From assembly GCA_023252275.1 (NCBI GenBank), contig JAHHGO010000001.1, positions 3,708 to 67,707 of the forward strand: a DNA stretch of 64,000 nt. Reading direction: 5' to 3'. The translations under genes were made by a program, and so were the position numbers. The DNA comes from Alphaproteobacteria bacterium. Its GTDB lineage: Bacteria; Pseudomonadota; Alphaproteobacteria; UBA11222. The notes beneath the pieces are model-generated. The model was not told where the DNA came from. It ran no database searches and saw only the letters and a list, made by a program, of their open reading frames with translations. This document shows positions 39,914 to 48,649 of the stretch, in pieces (the first letter of the stretch is position 1; each line of letters opens with the position of its first letter).

Positions 39914-41038
39914 ATGACGATAATGGATCAGGCAATGGTGCAGGTTCGTGACGGGGCGGCAATTGTGCATCCCGATGCAAGGCGGGGGCGCGGGGCGGTT
40001 TCCAACGCCAGCGGCCGGTATGAGCCGGTGCAGCATGTGACCCTGGACGATGGCTGGGGCATGCTCGATGAAGCGCCACCGGCGCGCAAAACCAGCGTCA
40101 TGATGGATACGACCCGCACCATTATCGCGCGCAATAATTCGCCGGATATTCCGTTTGACCGCTCGATCAACGCCTATCGCGGCTGTGAACATGGCTGCAT
40201 CTATTGTTTTGCCCGGCCCACGCACGCCTTTTTGGGCTTTTCGCCCGGGCTGGATTTCGAAAGCAGGCTGCTGGCCAAGCCCGATGCGCCCGCTTTGCTG
40301 GAAAAGGAATTGTGCAACCCCAATTACCGGCCGCAGCCCATCGCCATGGGAACGAATACGGATGTTTATCAGCCGGTTGAAAAACATTATCGCATCACGC
40401 GCGGCATTCTGGAGGTGCTGAACCGTTTCAATCATCCGGTGTCGATTGTCACCAAATCGGCGCTGATCACCCGCGACATTGATATACTTTCCGATATGGC
40501 GTCACGCGGGCTGGCCAAGGTCTATGTATCGGTGACGACGCTGGATCGCGGTCTTGCACGGCGCATGGAGCCGCGCGCAGCAACGCCGTGCCGCCGGCTG
40601 CAAACCATCCATAATTTAACCGAGGCGGGCATTCCCACCGGGGTGATGGTGGCGCCGATTATTCCCGCCATCAATGATATGGAGATCGAAGCCATTCTGG
40701 AGGCGGCCAAAAAGGCGGGCGCCCAAAGCGCGGGCTTTGTCATGTTACGCCTGCCGCTGGAAATAAAGACGCTGTTTCGCGAATGGCTGGTGAATGAATT
40801 TCCGGACCGCGCCGATAAGGTTATGTCGCTGGTGCGGGATGTGCGCGGCGGCAGGGATAATGATGCGGCGTTTCATTCGCGAATGCGCGGGCAGGGGCCG
40901 TATGCTGATATGATTGCCGCGCGTTTTCAGATCGCGGTGCGCCGTATTGGTTTTAGCATGTCCGTCCGCAAGCTTGATGTTACGCAATTCCGCGTTCCGC
41001 CGCGCCCCGGCGATCAGATGGATTTGTTCGCGTCGTAA
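39914..41038 (+). CDS. Radical SAM protein, PA0069/SplB-like family
   Basis: CEHGCIYCFARP CxxxCxxC motif in a TIM-barrel-like core; 374 aa. Confidence 0.7.
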   Translation: MTIMDQAMVQVRDGAAIVHPDARRGRGAVSNASGRYEPVQHVTLDDGWGMLDEAPPARKTSVMMDTTRTIIARNNSPDIPFDRSINAYRGCEHGCIYCFARPTHAFLGFSPGLDFESRLLAKPDAPALLEKELCNPNYRPQPIAMGTNTDVYQPVEKHYRITRGILEVLNRFNHPVSIVTKSALITRDIDILSDMASRGLAKVYVSVTTLDRGLARRMEPRAATPCRRLQTIHNLTEAGIPTGVMVAPIIPAINDMEIEAILEAAKKAGAQSAGFVMLRLPLEIKTLFREWLVNEFPDRADKVMSLVRDVRGGRDNDAAFHSRMRGQGPYADMIAARFQIAVRRIGFSMSVRKLDVTQFRVPPRPGDQMDLFAS

Positions 41039-42207
41039 AAGCGCAGGGTTTCGGCAAAGGCCAGGAACAAATGATAGAGCGATGTGGCCGGTATATAGGC
41101 CGAGACGGATTTTCCGGACGCATCCAGCTGATCATTCCAAAGGCCGCTGTCCGGAATGAAATAATTGTCAAAAATCGCGTCAACCGCGGGTGCTATGCGC
41201 GCGTGCGCGGCGGCGCGGATATCGCCGGATGGGCCATGTTCGGCGGTGGATATATAGGCCTTTATGGCCTCGGTCTGCGGCCACAGCCGGTGGGTGGCGC
41301 GCAATTTTTCTCCGCTGCGGCTGATTTCGTCATAGGCAAGGTTACGGCCCGCATGGACGCCATGTTTGCGGGCGAATTCAAATGCCAGATACGACACTTC
41401 ATGCGCTCGCGGCTCACCGGCAAGTTTGGCGTAATTATGCAAAATCCACGACCATTCGAAATGGTGCCCCGGTTCCACAATCTGTCCTTGCGGCCCTTCC
41501 ATCGGCTGCCATTCAAGGCTGAAATATTCACCCAGGCTGTGCGTCTTCACGTCAAAAAACCGTGTACGGAACAGTTCGAACAGATGCGCGCCGCGCTTCA
41601 GATAGGCGGCGTCGCCCGTTGCCTGGTGCAGCGCCAGCATTGCCTCCAGCATATGCATATGCGGGTTTTGCAGGCGCGGCGGGCCCTGAAGCAGCTGACC
41701 TGTGTCGGAAAGCCCGTCAAAATATCCGCCATGCGTGGTGCAGGCCAGACGCTGGTCTAAAAAATCCAGGGTCTGATTGACAATCTCAAGCGCATGCGCG
41801 TCCTGCGACAGGCGGTAGTGCCATGCGCAAGCAAACAGCACGAAGGCCTGGTCATAACTGTCAGCGGCCCTGTCAAGAAGCCGCCCCTCGGGCGTGACGG
41901 TTTTGGCCCATCCCCGCGCCGGACCCTGCCAGTAATTTTGCGTTAAAAAATCAAAGCCCTGTTTTGCCGCTGCGCGCCACGTGCTCTGCCGCGCCGGATC
42001 AGGATCAATCAGCGCCGCATGGGAAAAAACATAAATCTGCCGCGCCTGCACACGGATGCGCTTGTAATCCACCGCGTCGGGCACGCCCGAAAGCGCAAGC
42101 CGTTCGGTAAAGCCGCCATGCGCATGGTCAACCCCGTGCAGACGCCAATGCGGCAGTGCGTGCTCAAACATCCATTTTTCAATTTTGTGTCTGGTTTGGG
42201 CGGACAA
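41014..42207 (-). CDS. AGE-family epimerase/isomerase (N-acylglucosamine 2-epimerase / mannose-6-P isomerase-like)
   Basis: 397 aa (alpha/alpha)6 barrel. Confidence 0.65.
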   Translation of the reverse strand: MSAQTRHKIEKWMFEHALPHWRLHGVDHAHGGFTERLALSGVPDAVDYKRIRVQARQIYVFSHAALIDPDPARQSTWRAAAKQGFDFLTQNYWQGPARGWAKTVTPEGRLLDRAADSYDQAFVLFACAWHYRLSQDAHALEIVNQTLDFLDQRLACTTHGGYFDGLSDTGQLLQGPPRLQNPHMHMLEAMLALHQATGDAAYLKRGAHLFELFRTRFFDVKTHSLGEYFSLEWQPMEGPQGQIVEPGHHFEWSWILHNYAKLAGEPRAHEVSYLAFEFARKHGVHAGRNLAYDEISRSGEKLRATHRLWPQTEAIKAYISTAEHGPSGDIRAAAHARIAPAVDAIFDNYFIPDSGLWNDQLDASGKSVSAYIPATSLYHLFLAFAETLRFYDANKSI

Positions 42208-42303
42208 AATTTCCCCTCGCAGGGTTGATTCAGATCAAAGCGCGGTTAATTCAGAAGTAACACCTTAAGGGCGGATTATTACCAAGTAATGGAGGAATGC
42301 ACC

Positions 42304-42738
42304 ATGTTCGAGAAGTCGAGAGGCCTGTCCTTGCTAGGAAATGAGCATTTCTGGCCGCGCTTTATTGATCCGTTCCGCGAGCTGGGATCAGCCATTTCAA
42401 ACTTTTTCTCGCCCAGCGCGGATGCGCTGGACAAGGAGGATAGTTACGAAATACGCCTTGAGCTTCCGGGGGTCAATGAAAAGGATGTGGAGATAAGCAT
42501 CGAGAATAACAGCCTGATTATCCGTGGCGAAAAGCGAACGGAGCGCGAGGAAAAGGAGAAAAATTATTACTTTTCCGAACGCCGTTTCGGCGCGTTTGAG
42601 CGCGCCTTCCGGCTGCCGGAAGATGTGCATGAGGCCGACATCAAGGCTACCTTCAAGGATGGCGTGTTGACCATACGCATCCCCAAGACCGAGCAGAAAA
42701 AGCCTGTCAGCCGCAAGATTGAGATCAGGCCCAATTAA
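42304..42738 (+). CDS. Hsp20/alpha-crystallin family small heat shock protein
   Basis: ACD domain (RLELPGVNEKDVEISIENNSLIIRGEK...GVLTIRIPK); GGAGGA SD before ATG 42304. Confidence 0.85.
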   Translation: MFEKSRGLSLLGNEHFWPRFIDPFRELGSAISNFFSPSADALDKEDSYEIRLELPGVNEKDVEISIENNSLIIRGEKRTEREEKEKNYYFSERRFGAFERAFRLPEDVHEADIKATFKDGVLTIRIPKTEQKKPVSRKIEIRPN

Positions 42739-42831
42739 CCGGACGCCCGCCCGGCCTATTACAGGCTATAGCGTTTTGCGATCCGATTGAAACAGGCCTC
42801 GCTTTCTCGCATATTGTTGAACCCCTCCCTA

Positions 42832-42856
42832 TCCCTCCCCTTTACAAGGGGAGGGA
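42832..42856. repeat. Hairpin tccctcccc-tttacaa-ggggaggga
   Basis: Perfect 9-bp CT/GA stem downstream of hsp20. Confidence 0.5.
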
Positions 42857-42874
42857 ACCTCGCCGCGAATACCT

Positions 42875-42895
42875 CCTCCCCCGGAAAGGGGGAGG
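42875..42895. repeat. Hairpin cctccccc-ggaaa-gggggagg
   Basis: 8-bp CT/GA stem; second member in tandem with 42832. Confidence 0.5.
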
Positions 42896-42941
42896 TTGGG
42901 AGGGGGTCCGATTCAGTGTGAAAACAAAATGCGCCAAGGCC

Positions 42942-42966
42942 GGGGCGCGGGGATGGTCCCCGCGCC
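42942..42966. terminator. GC hairpin ggcgcgggg-atggt-ccccgcgcc; candidate terminator for the convergent hsp20 and MaoC genes
   Basis: 9-bp GC stem; on the minus strand followed ~10 nt later by AUUUUGUUUUC. The T-run at 42984-42990 on + is the Lys-Lys C-terminus of the minus gene. Confidence 0.4.
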
Positions 42967-42982
42967 AGGTTCTGCCGGCGGA

Positions 42983-44134
42983 TTATTTTTTGCCCGGCAG
43001 GCGCACCTGCGCGGTTCCGAAAATGGATAATTCGCCGTCCTGATTTTCGGCGCGCTGCGCAATATCGATAATGTTTTCACCATTCTCCTGGCGCTTGCCG
43101 GTCACCTCGCCATGAATATAAAGCACATCGCCCACCGGATTATGGCGGCGGATCTGCGCTTTGGCCTGCCGTAAAAATCCATCATCGCCCATCCAGTTGG
43201 TCAAATGATGGGTCATCCAGGAAAACCGCTCCGGCCCATAATCATAGGCTTCCGGCGCGCCGACCGTGGCGGCAAACTCGCTTTCCCAATGTACCCGTTC
43301 CGGGCAATCGGGAATGCCGAAGCGGTTCTTGATGCCCAGCCCCGGATGTTTGTGGATCTGCTGCCAGTTCAGCTTGTTGGCGCGGATATACAGGCCGCCC
43401 CAGCCCTGCGCATAGGCGATGAAACCTGTCACCGTCATGGGGCCCTTGACGATAGCGGGAATTTTGTCTCCGACCTTCACATCCTCGAAATAGCGCGGGG
43501 TTTTTCCGCGCACTTGCTCATGGGCGTAGTTGCGGTAAAACTCCACCAGTTCGGCATCGCTATAGACTTTAGGCTGCGCGGCCTTGACCGCGTCATATTT
43601 GGTGCCGCGCTCGCGCGCAATGTCGCGGTCGGTGCGGAAACACCAGCTATCGGCCTCGCATAACAGATCGCCATCCTGATTATAGAAATTGACATGATAG
43701 ACCTGCTGAATGGCCATGCCTGAAAACCGGGTTTCGTGCGGGATCAATTCCTTGAGCCAGGCTTCGGTGCGCAATTCATCATTGCGGCGGATATGTTTAT
43801 GCCAGTTGAAATCCGCGCCCGCCCACATGGCGTGTACGCCGGGAAGCCCGCCCACGTAACCGGAAATAATCCGGTCACAGGCAAACAGAAAGCTGGGCGG
43901 CGCGATAATGCCCTTATGCGCCGTGCCGGCCGCATAGGCGGGATCGCACCATAGCGGATTGTCATCACCAATGCCATGCGCGTAATGGCGGATATTGTCG
44001 CGGGTGGCCTCATAACACCAGGGCTCCAGCGAATCCTCGATCCGCACGCCTATGCGGGCGCGCAAATCCTCCAGGCCGCGCTCGGTAATGCCGGTAAATT
44101 GCCGTTCCAGCCCGTCCAGTTCATCTGTGCTCAT
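42983..44134 (-). CDS. Double-hotdog MaoC-like (R)-specific enoyl-CoA hydratase/dehydratase
   Basis: ~380 aa, two hotdog halves; GAGGAG SD before ATG at 44134 (track extends to 44158). Confidence 0.65.
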   Translation of the reverse strand: MSTDELDGLERQFTGITERGLEDLRARIGVRIEDSLEPWCYEATRDNIRHYAHGIGDDNPLWCDPAYAAGTAHKGIIAPPSFLFACDRIISGYVGGLPGVHAMWAGADFNWHKHIRRNDELRTEAWLKELIPHETRFSGMAIQQVYHVNFYNQDGDLLCEADSWCFRTDRDIARERGTKYDAVKAAQPKVYSDAELVEFYRNYAHEQVRGKTPRYFEDVKVGDKIPAIVKGPMTVTGFIAYAQGWGGLYIRANKLNWQQIHKHPGLGIKNRFGIPDCPERVHWESEFAATVGAPEAYDYGPERFSWMTHHLTNWMGDDGFLRQAKAQIRRHNPVGDVLYIHGEVTGKRQENGENIIDIAQRAENQDGELSIFGTAQVRLPGKK

Positions 44135-44159
44135 AATATCTCCTCTTACCCCTTCCAAA

Positions 44160-44187
44160 ATGTTCCGCTCATCAGTAACGGAAACAT
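44160..44187. promoter_or_regulatory. Near-perfect inverted repeat atgttccg-N11-cggaaacat in the MaoC/PTE divergent promoter
   Basis: Operator-like 8/9-bp arms. Confidence 0.35.
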
Positions 44188-44258
44188 TTGCAAATTAAAC
44201 CAATCCGCAGCAAGCTAGTGAGCGGAATAATAATAACAGTCTAGCAGGGAGAGGGATC

Positions 44259-45227
44259 ATGTCGATCAATACTGTCACGGGCGCTGTGAGCGCCGATGAT
44301 CTGGGTTTTACGCTCATACACGAGCATTTGACGGCGGGCATGCCGGGCTGGGAGCTGGACCCGGATGATTTCAACCGCAAGGACGAAGTTGCCAGCGCGG
44401 TGGTTAAGCTCAAGGAAATCAAGGAGCTGGGCGTCAAAAGCTTTGTCGATCCCTGCCCGATGGAATTGGGCCGCGACCCTGAATTCGCTGCGGAATGCGC
44501 CTCCAGAAGCGGCATGCAGGTGATTATCGCCACCGGCCTGTATAATGAGGCGCTGGGTATTCCGCAACATTTCCGGATGATGGATGCGGACGCGATCGCC
44601 GAAATCTATACGCGTGAACTGACCGATGGAATTGGCAAAACCGGAATCAAGGCCGGCATTATCAAGGTGGCGACGGGCGGCATTCCCGGCATGACCGCCA
44701 GCAGCAACGCCATCAGCAAGGCGGAAATGCTGACCCTGCGCGCCGCAGCCAAGGCGCAAAAGGCCACCGGCGCACCCATCCTGTGCCACAATAGCGAGGT
44801 CGAACCCTATGGCCGCCAGGTGCTGGACGTCATGGCGGAGGAAGGGGTTGATTTCAACAAGGTGCTGATCGGCCATGCCTGCGGCGTCGGTGATCTGAGA
44901 TATTATTTCGACATACTGGATCGCGGCGCATGGCTGGGCTTTGACCGTTTCGGGCTGGAATCCATTGCGACCGACAAATTGCGTCTGGCGGGCCTGATGG
45001 GGCTGCTGGCGGTGGGCTATGACCGGATTATGCTGTCGCATGACGCGGTGCATTGTCTGCGCGGGCGCGCAGGCGGCGGCTTCAGCGCCATGTTGCAGGG
45101 CAATCCGAAATGGAATTACGCGCATATCTCGCGCAACATTCTGCCGCAAATGCGCGCAGCCGGGGTGCCTGAAGAAAAAATCAGGAACCTGACCACCAAT
45201 AATCCCCGCAGCTATTTCAAAAAATAG
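44259..45227 (+). CDS. Phosphotriesterase-family (PTE-like lactonase/amidohydrolase) protein, copy 1
   Basis: LIHEHL metal-binding HxH, TIM-barrel amidohydrolase; 322 aa. Confidence 0.8.
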   Translation: MSINTVTGAVSADDLGFTLIHEHLTAGMPGWELDPDDFNRKDEVASAVVKLKEIKELGVKSFVDPCPMELGRDPEFAAECASRSGMQVIIATGLYNEALGIPQHFRMMDADAIAEIYTRELTDGIGKTGIKAGIIKVATGGIPGMTASSNAISKAEMLTLRAAAKAQKATGAPILCHNSEVEPYGRQVLDVMAEEGVDFNKVLIGHACGVGDLRYYFDILDRGAWLGFDRFGLESIATDKLRLAGLMGLLAVGYDRIMLSHDAVHCLRGRAGGGFSAMLQGNPKWNYAHISRNILPQMRAAGVPEEKIRNLTTNNPRSYFKK

Positions 45228-45236
45228 GAACCAGAC

Positions 45237-46013
45237 ATGGCCGGAAGACTTGACGGAAAAGTAGTGCTGATCACGGGCGGCGCCAGCGGTATTGGCGCAG
45301 CCCATGCCCGTACATTCGCCGCGGAAGGCGCGAAAGTGCTGATCGGCGACATACAGGACAAAATGGGCCAGGAAGTGGCCGATGGCATCGGCATCACCAA
45401 TAGCGGCGGCCAGGCGGCCTATACCAATCTGGACGTGACCAGCGAAAAAAGCTGGGACGATGCGGTGAAGAAAGCCGTCAATATGTATGGCAAGCTGACG
45501 ACGCTGATCAACAATGCGGGCCTGGCCATCATGGGCGGCGTTACCACGGAAACCCAGGCGAGCTGGGACAAGACCATCGCCGTCAATCAGATGGGCGTAT
45601 GGTACGGCATGAAGGCCGCGATTCCGGAAATGCTGAAGGCGGGCGGCGGCGCGATTGTCAATATATCGTCCGTCTACGGTATTATTGGCAGCCCGGACAT
45701 GCTTTCCTATCACGCCTCCAAGGGCGCGGTGCGGCTGATGTCCAAGGCGGCGGCGCTGGAATACGCCACCAGGGGTATCCGCATCAATTCCGTGCATCCG
45801 GGCATTATCGAAACGCCGATCCTGACCAAAACCTTTTCCGGCGGCGGCCCCGCCGTGGATTCGTTCGTCAAGGCCATTCAGACCAGAACGCCGCTGGCGC
45901 GTTTCGGCAAGCCGGAGGAAATCGCCTATGGCTCGCTCTATCTGTGCTCGGACGAGGCTTCGTTTGTCACCGGCGCCGAACTGGTGATCGATGGCGGCTG
46001 GACCGCGCAGTAA
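45237..46013 (+). CDS. SDR-family oxidoreductase, copy 1
   Basis: GKVVLITGGASGIGAA, NNAG, S...YxxxK. Confidence 0.85.
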   Translation: MAGRLDGKVVLITGGASGIGAAHARTFAAEGAKVLIGDIQDKMGQEVADGIGITNSGGQAAYTNLDVTSEKSWDDAVKKAVNMYGKLTTLINNAGLAIMGGVTTETQASWDKTIAVNQMGVWYGMKAAIPEMLKAGGGAIVNISSVYGIIGSPDMLSYHASKGAVRLMSKAAALEYATRGIRINSVHPGIIETPILTKTFSGGGPAVDSFVKAIQTRTPLARFGKPEEIAYGSLYLCSDEASFVTGAELVIDGGWTAQ

Positions 46014-46083
46014 ATGATTTGTGTGGAGCGCGCGCCGAACCGCGCGCTCCGGCTTTGCTTATTTTCAAAAGCAGGAAGCGTAG

Positions 46084-46842
46084 ATGGCCGGAAGACTTGA
46101 AGGAAAAGTAGCGCTGATCACGGGCGGCGCCAGTGGTATTGGCGCGGCGCATGCCCGTATCTTTGCCGCCGAGGGCGCCAAGGTGCTGATCGGCGACATA
46201 CAGGATAAAATGGGCCAGGACGTGGCCGATGGCATCGGCATCACCAATAGCGGCGGCCAGGCGGCCTACACCAATCTGGATGTGACATCTGAGAAAAGCT
46301 GGGCGGATGCGGTAAAAAAAGCCGTCAATATGTATGGCAAGCTGACCACGCTGATCAATAATGCCGGTATCGGAATCATGGGCGGCGTCACGACGGAAAC
46401 CCAGGAAAGCTGGGACCGGACCATGGCGGTCAACCAGACCGGGGTATGGTACGGCATGAAAACCGCGATCCCGGAGATTCTGAAGGCGGGCGGCGGGGCG
46501 ATCGTCAATATTTCATCTTTATACGGAATTATTGGCAGTCCGGACATGTTCGCCTATCACGCTTCCAAGGGCGCGGTGCGGCTGATGTCCAAGGCGGCGG
46601 CGCTGGAATATGCCACCCAGGGCATCCGCATCAATTCGGTGCATCCGGGCATCATCAACACCCCCATTCTGGGAACGGCTCTGACCCCGGAAATTGTTCA
46701 GGGGATTATCGGCAAGACCCCTGTCGGAAGGCTGGGCCGGCCCGAGGATATTGCCTATGGATCGCTTTATCTGTGTTCGGACGATGCCTCATTTGTAACC
46801 GGCGCCGAACTGGTTATCGATGGCGGGTGGCTGGCGCAATAA
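46084..46842 (+). CDS. SDR-family oxidoreductase, copy 2 (tandem paralog)
   Basis: ~90% nt identity to copy 1 over the first ~300 nt by eye. Confidence 0.85.
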   Translation: MAGRLEGKVALITGGASGIGAAHARIFAAEGAKVLIGDIQDKMGQDVADGIGITNSGGQAAYTNLDVTSEKSWADAVKKAVNMYGKLTTLINNAGIGIMGGVTTETQESWDRTMAVNQTGVWYGMKTAIPEILKAGGGAIVNISSLYGIIGSPDMFAYHASKGAVRLMSKAAALEYATQGIRINSVHPGIINTPILGTALTPEIVQGIIGKTPVGRLGRPEDIAYGSLYLCSDDASFVTGAELVIDGGWLAQ

Positions 46843-46890
46843 TCAACGGCTCACAAGAGACTGACACCAACTCAAACAGGGAGATCAGCA

Positions 46891-47856
46891 ATGGCTATCA
46901 ATTCAGCAACGGGAAAAATGAACCCGGAAGATCTGGGATTTACACTGGTGCACGAACATCTTTCGGTAGGCTGGCCCGGCTGGGAGCTGGACCCGAAAGA
47001 TATTGACCGCAAGAAAGAAGTGGCCAGCGCCGTGGTCAAGATGAAAGAGATCAGGGAGCTTGGCGTTAAAAGCATTGTTGATCCGTGCCCGATGGATCTG
47101 GGCCGCGATGTCGAATTCGCCGCCGAGGTTTCGGATAAATCCGGGGTCAATGTGATTGTCGCCACAGGCCTGTATAATGACGCGCTGGGCATTCCGCAGC
47201 ATTTCCGGCTGATGGATATTGACGGCATTGCCGAGATTTACGCACATGAAATTCAGGAAGGCGTCGGCAAGACCGGTATCCGGGCGGGCCTCATCAAGGT
47301 GGCGTCCGGCGGCATCAAGGGCGTTACGCCGCAGGGGGCGGGCATTACCAGCGCGGAAGAAAAATGCATGCGCGCCGCCGCCCGGGCGCATCGCAAAACC
47401 GGCGTGCCCATCCTGTGCCATAATGACGAGTTCGATCCGCATGGCTCGAAATCGCTGGATATTTTTGCCGAGGAGGGCGTCGATTTCAACAAGGTGATGA
47501 TCGGCCATTCCTGCGGCGTTGGCGATATGCGCTATTATTTTGAAGTTCTGCAACGCGGCGCATGGCTTGGCTTTGACCGTTTTGGCATTGAAACCATCTG
47601 TTCTGACAAGATGCGCATGGCGTCGCTGATCGGCCTTCTCGGGGTTGGCTTTGACCGCATCATGCTGTCGCATGACGCGCTGCATTGCTGGCGCGGGCGC
47701 GACACCGGGGTGCTTGATGGCATGATGAAAGGTTCGCCGAACTGGAATTTTTCGCATATCTCGCGCAACATTCTGCCGGCGCTGCGCAAATCCGGCGTGC
47801 CGGATGCCCAGATCAATACGCTGACGACCAACAATCCCATGAACTATTTCAAATAG
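46891..47856 (+). CDS. Phosphotriesterase-family protein, copy 2
   Basis: LVHEHL, same architecture and length as copy 1. Confidence 0.8.
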   Translation: MAINSATGKMNPEDLGFTLVHEHLSVGWPGWELDPKDIDRKKEVASAVVKMKEIRELGVKSIVDPCPMDLGRDVEFAAEVSDKSGVNVIVATGLYNDALGIPQHFRLMDIDGIAEIYAHEIQEGVGKTGIRAGLIKVASGGIKGVTPQGAGITSAEEKCMRAAARAHRKTGVPILCHNDEFDPHGSKSLDIFAEEGVDFNKVMIGHSCGVGDMRYYFEVLQRGAWLGFDRFGIETICSDKMRMASLIGLLGVGFDRIMLSHDALHCWRGRDTGVLDGMMKGSPNWNFSHISRNILPALRKSGVPDAQINTLTTNNPMNYFK

Positions 47857-47867
47857 CAGGAGCGTAT

Positions 47868-48623
47868 ATGACCGGAAGACTTGAAGGCAAAGTGGTTCTG
47901 ATCAGCGGCGGCGCCAGCGGCATTGGCGAGGCGCATGCGCGCGTCTTTGCCGCCGAGGGCGCCAAGGTGCTGATCGGCGACATTCAGGAAAAAATGGGCA
48001 AGGATGTGGCCGATTCCATTGGCATCACCAATAGCGGCGGCCAGGCGGCCTTTACCGCGCTGGACGTGTCGAACGAAGCAAGCTGGAACGACGCGGTTAA
48101 AAAGGCGGTGAACCTGTATGGCAAACTGACCACGCTGATCAACAATGCGGGTATCGGCATGGCGGGCGGCGTCACCACCGAGTCCCAGGCCAGCTGGGAC
48201 AAAACCATTTCGGTCAATCAGATGGGCGTATGGTACGGCATGAAAACCGTTATTCCGGAAATGCTGAAGGCGGGCGGCGGGGCCATCGTCAATGTTTCTT
48301 CCGTATACGGAATTATTGGCAGCCCCGGCATGCTGTCCTATCACGCCTCCAAGGGCGCGGTGCGGCTGATGTCCAAGGCGGCGGCGCTGGAATACGCAAC
48401 CCAGGGTGTCCGCATCAATTCGATCCATCCGGGTATTATCGCAACGCCGCTGGCCAAATCCATGCCGCAAGCCTTTCTGGATGATCTGGTCAGCAAAACG
48501 CCGATCGGCCGGCTGGGCAAGCCGGAGGATATTGCCAGAGGTTCGCTCTATCTGTGTTCCGACGAAGCATCCTTTGTAACCGGCGCGGAACTGGTTGTGG
48601 ACGGTGGCTGGACGGCGCAATAA
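47868..48623 (+). CDS. SDR-family oxidoreductase, copy 3
   Basis: Same motifs; third paralog. Confidence 0.85.
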   Translation: MTGRLEGKVVLISGGASGIGEAHARVFAAEGAKVLIGDIQEKMGKDVADSIGITNSGGQAAFTALDVSNEASWNDAVKKAVNLYGKLTTLINNAGIGMAGGVTTESQASWDKTISVNQMGVWYGMKTVIPEMLKAGGGAIVNVSSVYGIIGSPGMLSYHASKGAVRLMSKAAALEYATQGVRINSIHPGIIATPLAKSMPQAFLDDLVSKTPIGRLGKPEDIARGSLYLCSDEASFVTGAELVVDGGWTAQ

Positions 48624-48649
48624 ACTTCTAACCGGACAGGCAATTACTC

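Larger units (their letters stand above)
44259..48623 (+). repeat. Tandem segmental duplication [PTE-SDR]-[SDR]-[PTE-SDR]
   Basis: Paralog pairs with high nucleotide identity and conserved 9-11 nt PTE-SDR spacing. Confidence 0.75.

Noticed and set aside
38477-41038. Arsenosugar biosynthesis cluster
   Set aside because: Only the two glycosyltransferase-like genes match. No ArsM methyltransferase or ArsS-type radical SAM (the adjacent radical SAM is SplB/PA0069-like), and no ars resistance genes.
42984-42990. T7 run after a GC hairpin as a textbook rho-independent terminator for hsp20
   Set aside because: The T-run is the reverse complement of the AAA AAA Lys-Lys codons ending the minus-strand MaoC gene and is ~20 nt from the hairpin. 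The minus-strand reading (hairpin followed by AUUUUGUUUUC) is the more plausible terminator.
44241-48620. Long minus-strand ORFs (518, 284, 258 aa) across the PTE/SDR array
   Set aside because: Antisense to five genes with clear PTE (HxH) and SDR (TGGxSGIG, YxxxK) motifs; mirror the duplication only because the sense strand is duplicated.
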